Origin: Thermoanaerobaculia bacterium
Lineage (GTDB): Bacteria; Acidobacteriota; Thermoanaerobaculia; UBA5066
Assembly (NCBI GenBank): GCA_963719225.1
Contig: CAVRAY010000001.1
Span: 128,001 to 192,000 of the forward strand
DNA: 64,000 nt
Reading direction: 5' to 3'
The notes under the pieces were generated by a model that was not told where the DNA came from, did not search any database, and saw nothing but the letters and a program-made list of their open reading frames with translations. The number at the start of each line of letters is the position of its first letter. Positions within the stretch are counted from its first letter, which is position 1. Positions 41,946 through 51,176 of this stretch are shown here, piece by piece. The translations under genes were made by a program, and so were the position numbers.

Positions 41946-43688
41946 TCAGGTCAGGAACGCGTCGATGGCGGCGTACCAGACCGCCGCGATGTGCTCGTAG
42001 CCCGCTCGAGCGGGATGGATATTGTCGCCGCTCAAGAGCCACTGCGGAAAGTTGCTGTGCATGTCGGCGAGCAGGACCCGCTCGCCCGCGTCGGCGAACC
42101 GCCGGACGACGGCCGCCACTCCCTCGTTGTAGGCGATCACCTCGGCGGCCTTCGCCGGCAGCGGCGGGATCCGGGCGACCACGACGAGCGCGTCCAGATT
42201 CGAGGCGAGGATCCGGTCCACCAGCTTCGCGAGCCGGTCCGGCGCCTCGGCGACGTGGCCGTGGTTGAGAAGGTCGAGCATGTCGTTCGCTCCGATCATC
42301 AGCAGGACGACGTCCGGCTGGGGACGGACCGCCTCGGAAACGATCGCCGCGATCTGGTCGATGTAATAGCCGCTGTGGCCCTCGTGATTCCGAGGGAAGG
42401 ACGCGCCTTCGACCGGGTCCGTCGGTCCGTTCGGCTGGCTGCCGACGAACTGGATGCGTTTGCCCCAGTGGGTCGCCGTGGCGAACAACCTCACGCGGTA
42501 GGCGCCCTGGAGCTCGGGGGGAAAGCCCTCCGTCATCGAGTCGCCGAGCGGAAGGATCGACCATGTGTGCTCGGACGGCGAGTCCGACGTGACCAGAGTG
42601 GCCGGAGTTCCGGCGGCCATCGGCGCGCCGGCTCTCGAGGTCCAGTCGTCGAACCAACGCAGTCTCGAAGAGGGATCCCAGAGGATGTGATCCACGGCCC
42701 CGCCGGGCCCGGGATAGAAGACGTGCTGCTGGCCCGCGAACAGAAGCGTGGCGGGATCGCCGCCGGCGGGTGCCCCCGGCGCCACCGACGTCCATTCGTC
42801 GAAACCCAGTTGCGGGGAGGACGGGGAGGAGGGGTCCCAGAAGATGTGGTTGATCTTCCCGCCGGCGCCCCGGTAGAACACGTGCTGCTGGCCTTCGTCG
42901 GTCAACAACAAGGCGGGATCCCCGACCGCCGGCGGCGCGCCGGGGGCGCGGGCGGTCCAGTCGTCGCGGTGCAAAGCCCCGGTCAGCGGAGACCAGAGGA
43001 TGTGGCGGATCGAGCCGTCCGTCCCCCGATAGAAGACGTGCTGCTGGCCGCCGGTCTCCATCGTGGCGACGTTGCCCGCCGGCATGGGGACGCCGTGGGT
43101 TCCGCTCGTCCAGTCGTCATGGCCGAACCGGCTCGTGGATGCGTTCCAGAGGATGTGCTGAACGCCGCCGCGCTCGCCTCGATAGAAGACGTGCTGCTGG
43201 CCGGGAGTCGCCAGCGTCGCGAGATCGCCCGCCGCAGGCGGGGCGCCCGCATTGACCGTCCAGTCGTCGCGGAAGAGCCGGTTGGCGGAGGCATCCCAGA
43301 AGACGTGACACACGCTGCCGCCTGGTCCCCGGTAGAAGACGTGCTGCTGTCCGGGGCTCTCCATCGTGACGGGGTCGCCCAGGGCCGGCGGCACGCCGGC
43401 GCCCTGAGTCCACACGTCCCGGAACAGCCTCCTCTTCTCCGCAACCCAGAGGATGTGGTGAATCTGCGAGTCCTGTCCCCGGTAGAAGACGTGCTGCTGC
43501 CCCGGCGTCGCCATCGCGGCCGGGTTGCCGGCGGCGAGCGGCGCGCGCGTCCGGGCGGTCCAGTCGTCGGCGAAGAGCTTCCCGGAAGACGCGTCCCAGT
43601 AGATGTGGTGGATGTGATCGTCGGTGCCGCGATAGAAGACATGCTGCTGGTCGGGCATGGACGCTGGGCGCTCTCCGGCGATCGCCAT
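41946..43688 (-). CDS. Seven-repeat lectin-like beta-propeller fused to an SGNH/GDSL hydrolase
   Basis: Seven QQHVFY(R/P)G....HI.W.....DDWT repeats; LPLGDSMT, HEGHSG, IGANDM and DNIHP catalytic blocks. Confidence 0.8.
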   Translation of the reverse strand: MAIAGERPASMPDQQHVFYRGTDDHIHHIYWDASSGKLFADDWTARTRAPLAAGNPAAMATPGQQHVFYRGQDSQIHHILWVAEKRRLFRDVWTQGAGVPPALGDPVTMESPGQQHVFYRGPGGSVCHVFWDASANRLFRDDWTVNAGAPPAAGDLATLATPGQQHVFYRGERGGVQHILWNASTSRFGHDDWTSGTHGVPMPAGNVATMETGGQQHVFYRGTDGSIRHILWSPLTGALHRDDWTARAPGAPPAVGDPALLLTDEGQQHVFYRGAGGKINHIFWDPSSPSSPQLGFDEWTSVAPGAPAGGDPATLLFAGQQHVFYPGPGGAVDHILWDPSSRLRWFDDWTSRAGAPMAAGTPATLVTSDSPSEHTWSILPLGDSMTEGFPPELQGAYRVRLFATATHWGKRIQFVGSQPNGPTDPVEGASFPRNHEGHSGYYIDQIAAIVSEAVRPQPDVVLLMIGANDMLDLLNHGHVAEAPDRLAKLVDRILASNLDALVVVARIPPLPAKAAEVIAYNEGVAAVVRRFADAGERVLLADMHSNFPQWLLSGDNIHPARAGYEHIAAVWYAAIDAFLT

Positions 43689-43829
43689 TCTCGCCGCGAC
43701 CCCGCTTTGTGGTGGCCGTCATGGAACGGCGCGGCGTCGGAAGCCAGGCATTTCTTTTTTCGCCGCGGGGGAGGTTACCTCAAAACCAGGACGTCGCTTC
43801 TGCCAGCGATGTGTTTTCTCGGAGGCTCG

Positions 43830-43843
43830 CGCGCTGAGCCATT
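43830..43843 (-). repeat. Right 14-bp inverted repeat of the two-gene cargo
   Basis: CGCGCTGAGCCATT, the reverse complement of 39093-39106. Confidence 0.6.
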
Positions 43844-43847
43844 ACTC

Positions 43848-43888
43848 CGGAGCCACTCTTCTCCCCCGCGAACTCGAGATGGGTTCGC
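43848..43888 (+). repeat. Second att-like copy of the tRNA-Asn 3' end plus hairpin
   Basis: CGGAGCCA-CTCTTCT-CCCCCGCGAACTCGAGATGGGTTCGC closely matches 36186-36224. Confidence 0.75.
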
Positions 43889-43891
43889 TTC

Positions 43892-46076
43892 TCAGTGCTG
43901 TCCGCGCCTCGTCGGTGCGAGAGGCCACCGACTTCCATCAGGTTCGAGGTGGCCTGCCGGGCCGCGACGACGGCGAAGCTCATGTCGGGGGCAAGCCCGA
44001 ACGAGTGGAACTCGACATCCGGCTCGAAGACGGCGAGCTTCCGCCGCGTGACGGCCGTGTCCCGGCCCGGAACGACGTCCTGGACGAAGAGCGCCGTGCC
44101 GAGCCCGTCCACACCGAGGAACGCGATGACATGGCCGTCCGGCAGCCAGGACGGGGCGCCGGTCTTCCGGATTCCGAACGTCCCGGCCGGGCGCGGTTTC
44201 ATCGCCGTCGTCGGAAATGCGGCGCGGCGCGCTCCCGTCTCCCCCGGCTCCCCAGATCTCGTAGTGCCCGGTGCGCGCCGACGGCCACAGCAGCGTCTTT
44301 CCGTCCCGGCTCAGGAAGACGTCCGCATCGCTCGCGGGGTGGCTCGTGAGCCGGCGCACCGCGCTCGAGCGGCGGTTCGACTCCCAGACGTCGGTGTTCC
44401 CGTCCCGGTTAGACGTGAAGAAGACGGTTTCGCCGTCACCCGAGACGACGGGCTGGAAGTTGACCTGCGATCCCCGCGTCAGCCACTTCCGCGGCCCTGC
44501 CGCGTTCGTGAGCGGGACTTCGAGAAGGTTCGTCGGGACCGACAGCGACTCTACGACCAGCCGTCCAGGCCCCGCGATGTCGAGGCCCGTTCCGACGCCG
44601 AGGGAGTAAGCGATCGTCGTGAGGGTTCCGGAGCGCACGTTCTGCAGGTAGTACGCACCGGGGCTGGCGGGCACGATGGCCTGTTCCCTCCTGCCATAGA
44701 CGACGGCGCGGCCGTCGCGGGTCCACGCGACGTCCGAAAGCTCGCCTTGTCCGGACGGAGCGGGAAGAGTCCGGCTCGCGTGCGTGTCCGGGTTGGCGAG
44801 GACGACGGTCCACCCGGAGCCAATGTTGATCTGGCCCCGGGTCGTCGCAATCCAGGCTCCATCGGGTGACCACCGCGGCGCCACCCAGAGCTCCTGCGTT
44901 CGCACGTTCTCCTGGATGCGCGTTCTGAGGAACGCGATGCGCGAGCCGTCGGCCGAGACGTCGACCTCCGTGGCGTCGCCTACGACCTTCTGCGGAGCCC
45001 CACCGAGAGCGGAGACCCGGAAGACGGCCGGCCTGGGCGCTCCCGGGGCGACATCTCCGGACGACAGCACCACGCCGCGAATGAAGAAGACGCCGGTCGA
45101 ATCCGGAGTGAAACGCGGCGCCCGGTCTGGTCCCTCGGTGAGGGCGATCTCCGATCCGTCGCCCAGCTGCTTGAGCCAGATCCTCGAGACGCCGTTTCGG
45201 CTCGACGCAAAGGCGCAGAGCCGTCCGTCCGGCGAGATTGCCGGGGCGCCGTCCTGCCCTGACGACGTGATGTAGGTCAGACGCGGCGGGGGGAGTGAGG
45301 GCGGCGCCGAGCGCCGGCCGGCGATCGCACCAAGGACGACGAGAAGCGCCGCACCGGCCGCCATCGGAATCCAGCGGAATGCGGACTTCCCGGCCAGTGG
45401 CCCCGCCGGCGACACCTGGGTCCACGCCGACAGCCGGTCGCGCAGCCCTTTCAATTCGCGCACGATGTCCCGTGTCGCGTCGTAGCGCTCGGAAGCTTCC
45501 TTGGAGAGCAGCCTCTCGACGAGCCAGAGGACCGGCGCCGGGACGCGAGGCGCTCTCTTTTCGAGCGGCTCCGGCTCGTCGCGGATGATGGCCGTCAGCG
45601 TCTCCGGCACGGACTCGGCATCGAACGGCTTGCTCCCGGACAGCATCTCGTAGAGAACGATGCCGAGGGAGAACTGGTCGCTCCGGAAATCGACGTCGCC
45701 CCCCCGCGCCTGCTCGGGCGACATGTAGGCGACCGTTCCGAGGACGACGCCCTTCTCGCTGATCGCCGCGAGCGTCGGAGAGCGCGTGTCGTCCGAATCG
45801 CGGCGCGAGACGTCGTGGCGGGCGAGGCCGAAGTCGAGGACCTTCGCGCGGACGTCCTTCGTCAGAAAGACGTTCTCGGGCTTGATGTCGCGGTGGACGA
45901 TTCCCTTCTCGTGGGCCGCGGCGAGCCCGTCCACCACTTCGCGGGCGATGTCGAGGGCCCGGCGCGGCGGTATCGGGCCGTGGGCCAGAGCCACGCGAAG
46001 TGTCTCGCCTCCCGCCGGCGCCGAGCGGCGAGAGGATCTCGTAGGGGCCGAGACGGGTGCCGGTGGACAGTGTCAT
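43892..46076 (-). pseudogene. Ser/Thr kinase - TM - PD40/TolB-like propeller, with internal deletions
   Basis: [22 protein letters not shown] jumps out of frame at ~46010 to GETLR, losing the VAxK region. HRDIKPEN and DFG are retained. Further breaks near 44880 and 44200. Confidence 0.85.
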
Positions 46077-46175
46077 GAAGGTCTGACGAGAGTCGTACCG
46101 TGGAGAGGCAGTCTCACCGGCCGCCTGTCCTGCGAGTTCTAGGCTGACGGGAGCGGCACCGACGAGTGGGCTGGC
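46077..46175 (-). repeat. Conserved ~100-bp kinase-upstream element, copy 3 (most diverged)
   Basis: Same conserved blocks as copies 1 and 2. Confidence 0.85.
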
Positions 46176-46185
46176 TGCTGCGACG

Positions 46186-46719
46186 TCAGCCGGGACGAGG
46201 CCCGAAGATCTCCTGGGCCGCGACCGCTCCTTCCGGCAGGCGCCGCAGGAGATCGATGAGGTGCCGCTCGCTGGCTCTCAGGCGACGCGAGACTTCGCGG
46301 GCGAGGTTGAGGACGAGGAGGATGAACGCGTCGGGATCGCGCCGGCGGAACTCGAGGAGCTCACGATAACGGAGGACGAGCAGGCTCGTCTCGCGCACCG
46401 TTCGGACGGTGGCCGAGCGGGGCTGGATGTCGAGGAGCGACATCTCGCCGAAGCAATCGCCCGGGCCGAGCGTCGCCACGATGAGGTCGTCCGCGTCGTC
46501 GGGATCGCGATGGATCCGAACCTCGACGCCACCACTTTCCACGACGTACATCTCGCGGGCTCCCTCCCCTTCGGCGACGACGAGGCACGAGGCCGCGAGG
46601 ATCCGCCGCTGAAGATGCGCGGCGATCAGCTCGAGGGCGGGTCGTTCGAGACCTCCGAATATGGGGATGCCCGCCAGGAACATCGGGTCGGGGGGCGGAT
46701 CGGCTCTCGTGTCGGCCAT
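46186..46719 (-). CDS. Cyclic-nucleotide-binding domain protein with no obvious HTH
   Basis: Motifs MYVVESGGV, LGPGDCFGEMSLL and PRSATV. Confidence 0.88.
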   Translation of the reverse strand: MADTRADPPPDPMFLAGIPIFGGLERPALELIAAHLQRRILAASCLVVAEGEGAREMYVVESGGVEVRIHRDPDDADDLIVATLGPGDCFGEMSLLDIQPRSATVRTVRETSLLVLRYRELLEFRRRDPDAFILLVLNLAREVSRRLRASERHLIDLLRRLPEGAVAAQEIFGPRPG

Positions 46720-46722
46720 ACG

Positions 46723-47541
46723 TCAGCGGCTGAAGCGCTGCTGCAGCTCGGCATACGGGATCGCGCCCCGGGCGAATCCGAAGGTGCCGTGATCGGCCAT
46801 CTCCCGAGCGGCCTGCTCGACCAGGGTGAGGACGGCGCGAGCGAGGGTTCCGCCAACGCTGATCCTGGCGACGCCGAGCGAGCGCAGGGTGGCGGCATCC
46901 AGCACCGGCTCGACCAGCCCGGCCACGACGTTCACCGGAGCGCCGATCGCGGCGGTCAGTCTGCCGATCTCCTCGGCAGCGCTGACACCGGGAACGAAGA
47001 TGCAGTCGGCTCCGGCAGCCAGGTACCTCTCGGCCCGGCGCACCGTCTCGGCGAAGGCGTCCGGGCGCCTGATCATATAGGCGTCGGTGCGCGCGTTCAG
47101 CACGAACGAACCGGCCGGTGCGGCGGTCCGTGCCGCCTCGAGACGTTCGCAGGCAGCCTCGACCGGGAGCAGTTCTCCGGGCCGAGTCACGTCCTCCAGA
47201 TTGCCTCCGACCACCCCGAGCTCGAACGCAGCGGCGACCGTTGCGGCAACGTGGTCGGCGGTAGCGCCGTAACCGGACTCCAGGTCGGCGCTCACCGGGC
47301 ACGCGACGGCCGATACGATCCGCGCGATGCAATCGAGCATCTCCGGCCCCTCCATGGTGCCGTCGGCGGCACCACGGCTGAAGGCGATCCCGGCGCTGGT
47401 GGTGGCGATCGCGGCGAACCCGGCCCGTTCCAGGATCCGTGCCGAACCGCCGTCCCAGGCATTCGGCAGGATGAAGCCGGCGCCGGGTCGATGCATCGCC
47501 AGGAACGCCGCCGCGCGGTTCGGAGTCGCGGACGCAGTCAT
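46723..47541 (-). CDS. Isocitrate lyase/PEP mutase family protein
   Basis: Motifs LPNAWDGGSA, ATTSAG, ADLESGYG, NLED, NARTD and AGADCIFVPG. Confidence 0.9.
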   Translation of the reverse strand: MTASATPNRAAAFLAMHRPGAGFILPNAWDGGSARILERAGFAAIATTSAGIAFSRGAADGTMEGPEMLDCIARIVSAVACPVSADLESGYGATADHVAATVAAAFELGVVGGNLEDVTRPGELLPVEAACERLEAARTAAPAGSFVLNARTDAYMIRRPDAFAETVRRAERYLAAGADCIFVPGVSAAEEIGRLTAAIGAPVNVVAGLVEPVLDAATLRSLGVARISVGGTLARAVLTLVEQAAREMADHGTFGFARGAIPYAELQQRFSR

Positions 47542-47650
47542 GCGCCTGAGTCTACGTCCGGGGGACCGTCGGGCAGGAGTGGAGTCAGAAGGGGTTGCGC
47601 GAAAGCGCTGACGTGGCGCGTTACAAGCGAGAAGAATTCTCGCCGAAGGA

Positions 47651-47677
47651 TGTCGATTTCGGGGAGCTTCCGTCGTC
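47651..47677 (+). promoter_or_regulatory. Putative ECF42-type autoregulated promoter
   Basis: TGTCGA (47651-47656), 17-nt spacer, CGTC (47674-47677), upstream of a DGPF gene and ECF gene. Confidence 0.65.
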
Positions 47678-47723
47678 GTAGGGATGGAGGCCGGAACATC
47701 CCGGCCGAAAGGAGACGACGAAA

Positions 47724-48149
47724 ATGCGATTCCTGGTGATGGTCAAGGCCACGAAGGACAGCGAGGCGGGCGTGATGCCGAGCGAGAAGCTGCTCGCCGA
47801 CATGGGGAAGTTCAACGAGGAGCTCGTGAAAGCGGGCATCATGCTCGCCGCCGAGGGACTTCATGCCAGCTCGAAGGGGGCGCGCGTCAAGTTCTCCGGG
47901 AGCAAGCGCACCGTGGTCGACGGACCGTTCACGGAGACGAAAGAGCTCGTCGCCGGCTTCTGGCTGTGGCAGGTGAAGTCGAAGGAGGAGGCGATCGAGT
48001 GGGTGAAGCGCTGCCCGAACCCTCATGAAGGCGATTCCGAGATCGAGATCCGGCAGGTCATAGAGATGGCGGACTGGGGCGAGCTCACGCCCGAGTTGCA
48101 AAAGATGAAAGACCGCCGCGAAAAGTTCGCGAAGCAGTCCAAGCCGTGA
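47724..48149 (+). CDS. YciI/DGPF-family protein
   Basis: VVDGPFTETKELVAGFW motif. Confidence 0.92.
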   Translation: MRFLVMVKATKDSEAGVMPSEKLLADMGKFNEELVKAGIMLAAEGLHASSKGARVKFSGSKRTVVDGPFTETKELVAGFWLWQVKSKEEAIEWVKRCPNPHEGDSEIEIRQVIEMADWGELTPELQKMKDRREKFAKQSKP

Positions 48150-48189
48150 TGCCCCGCGGGCGCGGGGGACGATGCTCTAATCCTCCCCC

Positions 48190-49457
48190 GTGTCCGCTCC
48201 CGAGGCCCATCGCGCGATCGACGCGATCTGGCACATCGAATCCTCGCGGCTCATCGCGGCGCTCGCGCGCGTGACGGGAGACGTGGGCCTCGCGGAGGAC
48301 TTCGCCCAGGACGCTCTCCTCGCGGCGCTCCGGACCTGGCCCGAGACGGGTGTTCCGGACAATCCGGGCGCGTGGCTCATGGCGACCGCGAAGAACCGGG
48401 CGCTCGACCACCTACGGCGCGCCCGACGCGCGGACCGGGCGCACGGGGAGATCGGCCGGGACCTCGAAGCCGACCGCGGGAGGGCCGCAGCCGACCTCGA
48501 GGCGGGACTCGACGACGACATCGGCGACGACCTCCTGAGGCTCGTCTTCGCGGCGTGCCATCCGGTGCTCGCGCGCGAGGCGCGCGTCGCGCTGACGCTC
48601 CGCCTTCTCGGGGGTCTCACCACCGCCGAGATCGCGCGGGCCTACCTCGTGACCGAGGCCACGGTCGCCCAGCGCCTCGTCCGCGCGAAACGGACGCTCT
48701 CGGACGCGCGCGTCCCGTTCGAGGTCCCGCGCGGAGAAGACCGGGCCGCGCGACTGTCGTCGGTTCTCGAGGTCCTGTACCTGATCTTCAACGAAGGCTA
48801 CGCGGCGACGGCGGGCGACGACTGGATGCGTCCGCAGCTCTGCGAGGAGGCGCTGCGCCTGGGCCGGATCCTCGCGTCACTCGCGCCGGAGCCCGAAGTC
48901 CACGGCCTCGTCGCTCTGATGGAGATCCAGGCCTCGCGGACGAAGGCGCGGACGGGCCCGCGTGGCGAGCCCGTCCTCCTCCTCGACCAGGATCGGGGGA
49001 AGTGGGACCACGTGCTGATCGGCCGGGGCCTCGCAGCGCTCGCGAAGGCCGAAGCGTCCGGACCTGCCGGGCCCTACGCCCTGCAGGCCGCGATCGCCGC
49101 GTGCCACGCGCGGGCTCGCACCGCGGAAGAGACGGACTGGGCGCGGATCGCGGCCCTCTATGGCGAGCTCGCGGGGGCAGCCCCTCGCCCGTCGTCGACC
49201 TGAACCGGGCCGTCGCGGTCGGCATGGCAGAGGGGCCAGCCGCGGGCCTCGCTCTCGTGGACGCGCTCCGCGCCGAGAAGGCGCTGGAGGGCTATCACCT
49301 CCTTCCGGGCGTGCGCGGGGATCTCCTCGCCAAGCTGGGCCGCTCGGGCGAGGCGCGCGCCGAGTTCGAAAAGGCCGCGTCGCTCACCGGCAATTCCCGC
49401 GAGAGGGAGGTCCTGCTCGCCCGGGCGGCGGCCCTGGGGCCCGTTGGCCGCGGATAG
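48190..49457 (+). CDS. ECF42-type sigma factor with a C-terminal TPR-like extension; one frameshift near 49185
   Basis: AED..QDA; DDLLRLVFAACHP; YLIFNEGY. The C-terminus (SPVVDLNRAVAV...) continues in another frame to 49457. Confidence 0.85.
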
Positions 49458-49526
49458 GAAGGTGCAATCCCGGCCCGGGGGTTCGCCTTCACACGTCCCC
49501 GCGACTCACGTCGACCGACGTCCGAG

Positions 49527-50924
49527 TCACCGGCGGTGACCAACACCGTGCGAGCCGCCACCGAAGGTATGGCCGCTGCCCGTGCCGCTCACGCCTCCGC
49601 CACGGCTGGAGACACCGCCGCCGAAGCTACGCGCACCTCTTTCCGTCGGGGGCATTCGCGGCGTAGAAGAAGGGTAGCGTTGTACCGGAGCCGAATACCG
49701 CTGTACCGGAGTCGAGTGACGCTGCACCGGTGCCGAATACCGCTGTACCGGAGCCGAGTAACGCCGCACCGGGGCTGAATAACGATGTGCGGGAACCTGT
49801 TCTCGTTGCGCACCAGGAAAGCGCCGCCACGCTTCCGCTGTTGTGCGTCCTGCGCTCCACGGCGTCGCGGTGCGAACGCCCTGCGTGATCGATCGGCTTC
49901 CGTGCGTTGACGCGGTCCCGGGCCCAAGCCGGTTCCAGCTTCCCGTGCCTGCCGGTCGGGCGGAATCGAAGCTTCCCGATCTTGAAGTCGTGCTCCTGGA
50001 AGCCAGCGACGCAGGCTGATACCGGGCGGCAAGCTGAGCGTTCCGGTACGGGACTCCCAACCGGTGGCCCGGATCGTGGCGCCACCCCCTTCTGCCGGCG
50101 AACCCGCCGGCCAAGAACCGACCGTGGAAACCATGATGTCGGAAGAACGCGCCGTTGACGAACACCGAGCCGCCAAACCAGTTCGGGCCCCAGCCCCAAC
50201 CCCAGCCGCGCCAGCCCCAGCCGTTCCAGCCGCCGAAGCAGAATCCGATGTCGATCGCCGGACCGAAACCGAAACCGTAACTGGTGTAAGCGAGCGGCGG
50301 ATAGTAGCCCCACGCCGGAGATCCCCAGATGTAGTCTGGATCGTATTCCGGCACGTAGATCACCTGCGGATCGGCCGGCAAAATCTCGATGACCGCCTGC
50401 TCGCCCGGGGTCTCGGTGGTAACCGTCTGCTCCGGAGAGGAGGAGAGCTTCCCGTTTGCCTGCGCCCGTGTGCGCATTCGCTGCACCGCATCCATAACGT
50501 CCGCTTGCTGCGCGAGGAAAGCGTTGCCCAATGCCGTGGTCCATTGGACATCCTGGTTCATCCTGGCCAGCACGTCCGGAAAGGCCACCAACCCCTGAAC
50601 GCTTGCGTCCCAATTCTGCTCCTGGGCTGCGTCGATCAACTGCTGGCCCCTCAGACGTCCATTCCGTAGCAGCCACTGCTGCGCCTCGACGAGCTCCAAC
50701 GGGTAGGTACTCGCGACCAGGACCTGACTCAGCAGCGGATCGGGATACAGCGCGATGGGTGCGACCAGGTCAGCGAGTTGCTCCGGAGCCAGACTCTGCG
50801 CCTGGACCGATGCCGAACTCCCGGAAACGTCGGCTGTCGGCCCCTCCTCCTGAGCCATCAACGAAAGCGGAATTCCTGACATAGCCGCTAAGACACAGAG
50901 GTTCCGCGCCAATCGGTATGTCAT
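49527..50924 (-). CDS. DUF3300 domain secreted protein
   Basis: LVAPIALYPDPLLSQVLVASTYP; WDASV; DVMDAVQRMR; IYVPEYDP; start ATG 50924 after GGAGG. Confidence 0.88.
   Translation of the reverse strand: MTYRLARNLCVLAAMSGIPLSLMAQEEGPTADVSGSSASVQAQSLAPEQLADLVAPIALYPDPLLSQVLVASTYPLELVEAQQWLLRNGRLRGQQLIDAAQEQNWDASVQGLVAFPDVLARMNQDVQWTTALGNAFLAQQADVMDAVQRMRTRAQANGKLSSSPEQTVTTETPGEQAVIEILPADPQVIYVPEYDPDYIWGSPAWGYYPPLAYTSYGFGFGPAIDIGFCFGGWNGWGWRGWGWGWGPNWFGGSVFVNGAFFRHHGFHGRFLAGGFAGRRGWRHDPGHRLGVPYRNAQLAARYQPASLASRSTTSRSGSFDSARPAGTGSWNRLGPGTASTHGSRSITQGVRTATPWSAGRTTAEAWRRFPGAQREQVPAHRYSAPVRRYSAPVQRYSAPVQRHSTPVQRYSAPVQRYPSSTPRMPPTERGARSFGGGVSSRGGGVSGTGSGHTFGGGSHGVGHRR
49672..49790 (-). repeat. Imperfect 21-bp coding tandem repeat (RYSAPVQ, about 5-6 copies)
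   Basis: HRYSAPV RRYSAPV QRYSAPV QRHSTPV QRYSAPV QRYP. Confidence 0.85.
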
Positions 50925-51176
50925 CTCGTACCTCCGTTGGGGTCTTGGTTCACTCCGAACGGGACCCATGATAGGGAGGAGCAACACCGATGCCACGGCA
51001 GCGTCGCCGCAAGGGTACGCGGAGGGAGTTCACGATCGGAACCTCAGCTCCTTGATCCTGAGGCGGTTAGCACGAGCCGGTTCGCCGTGTGTCCGATCTC
51101 CAGTGTGCGGTAGTCCCGGACGACCGCGCTCTGAGTTTTTTCAGGACTTTGGCACAGGTGTTGCCCGCCCAGTTTC

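Noticed and set aside
42650-43660. Regular DNA repeats (TAGAAGACGTGCTGCTG) as a CRISPR array
   Set aside because: They are in-frame coding repeats about 140 bp apart that vary at synonymous positions, and there are no cas genes.
35691-46076. Diversity-generating retroelement template/variable repeats among the kinase 5' ends
   Set aside because: No reverse transcriptase, and the differences are not adenine-specific.
48190-49457. Programmed frameshift in the ECF sigma factor
   Set aside because: The shift falls next to G/C homopolymers, and ECF42 proteins are normally continuous; an indel error or mutation is more likely.
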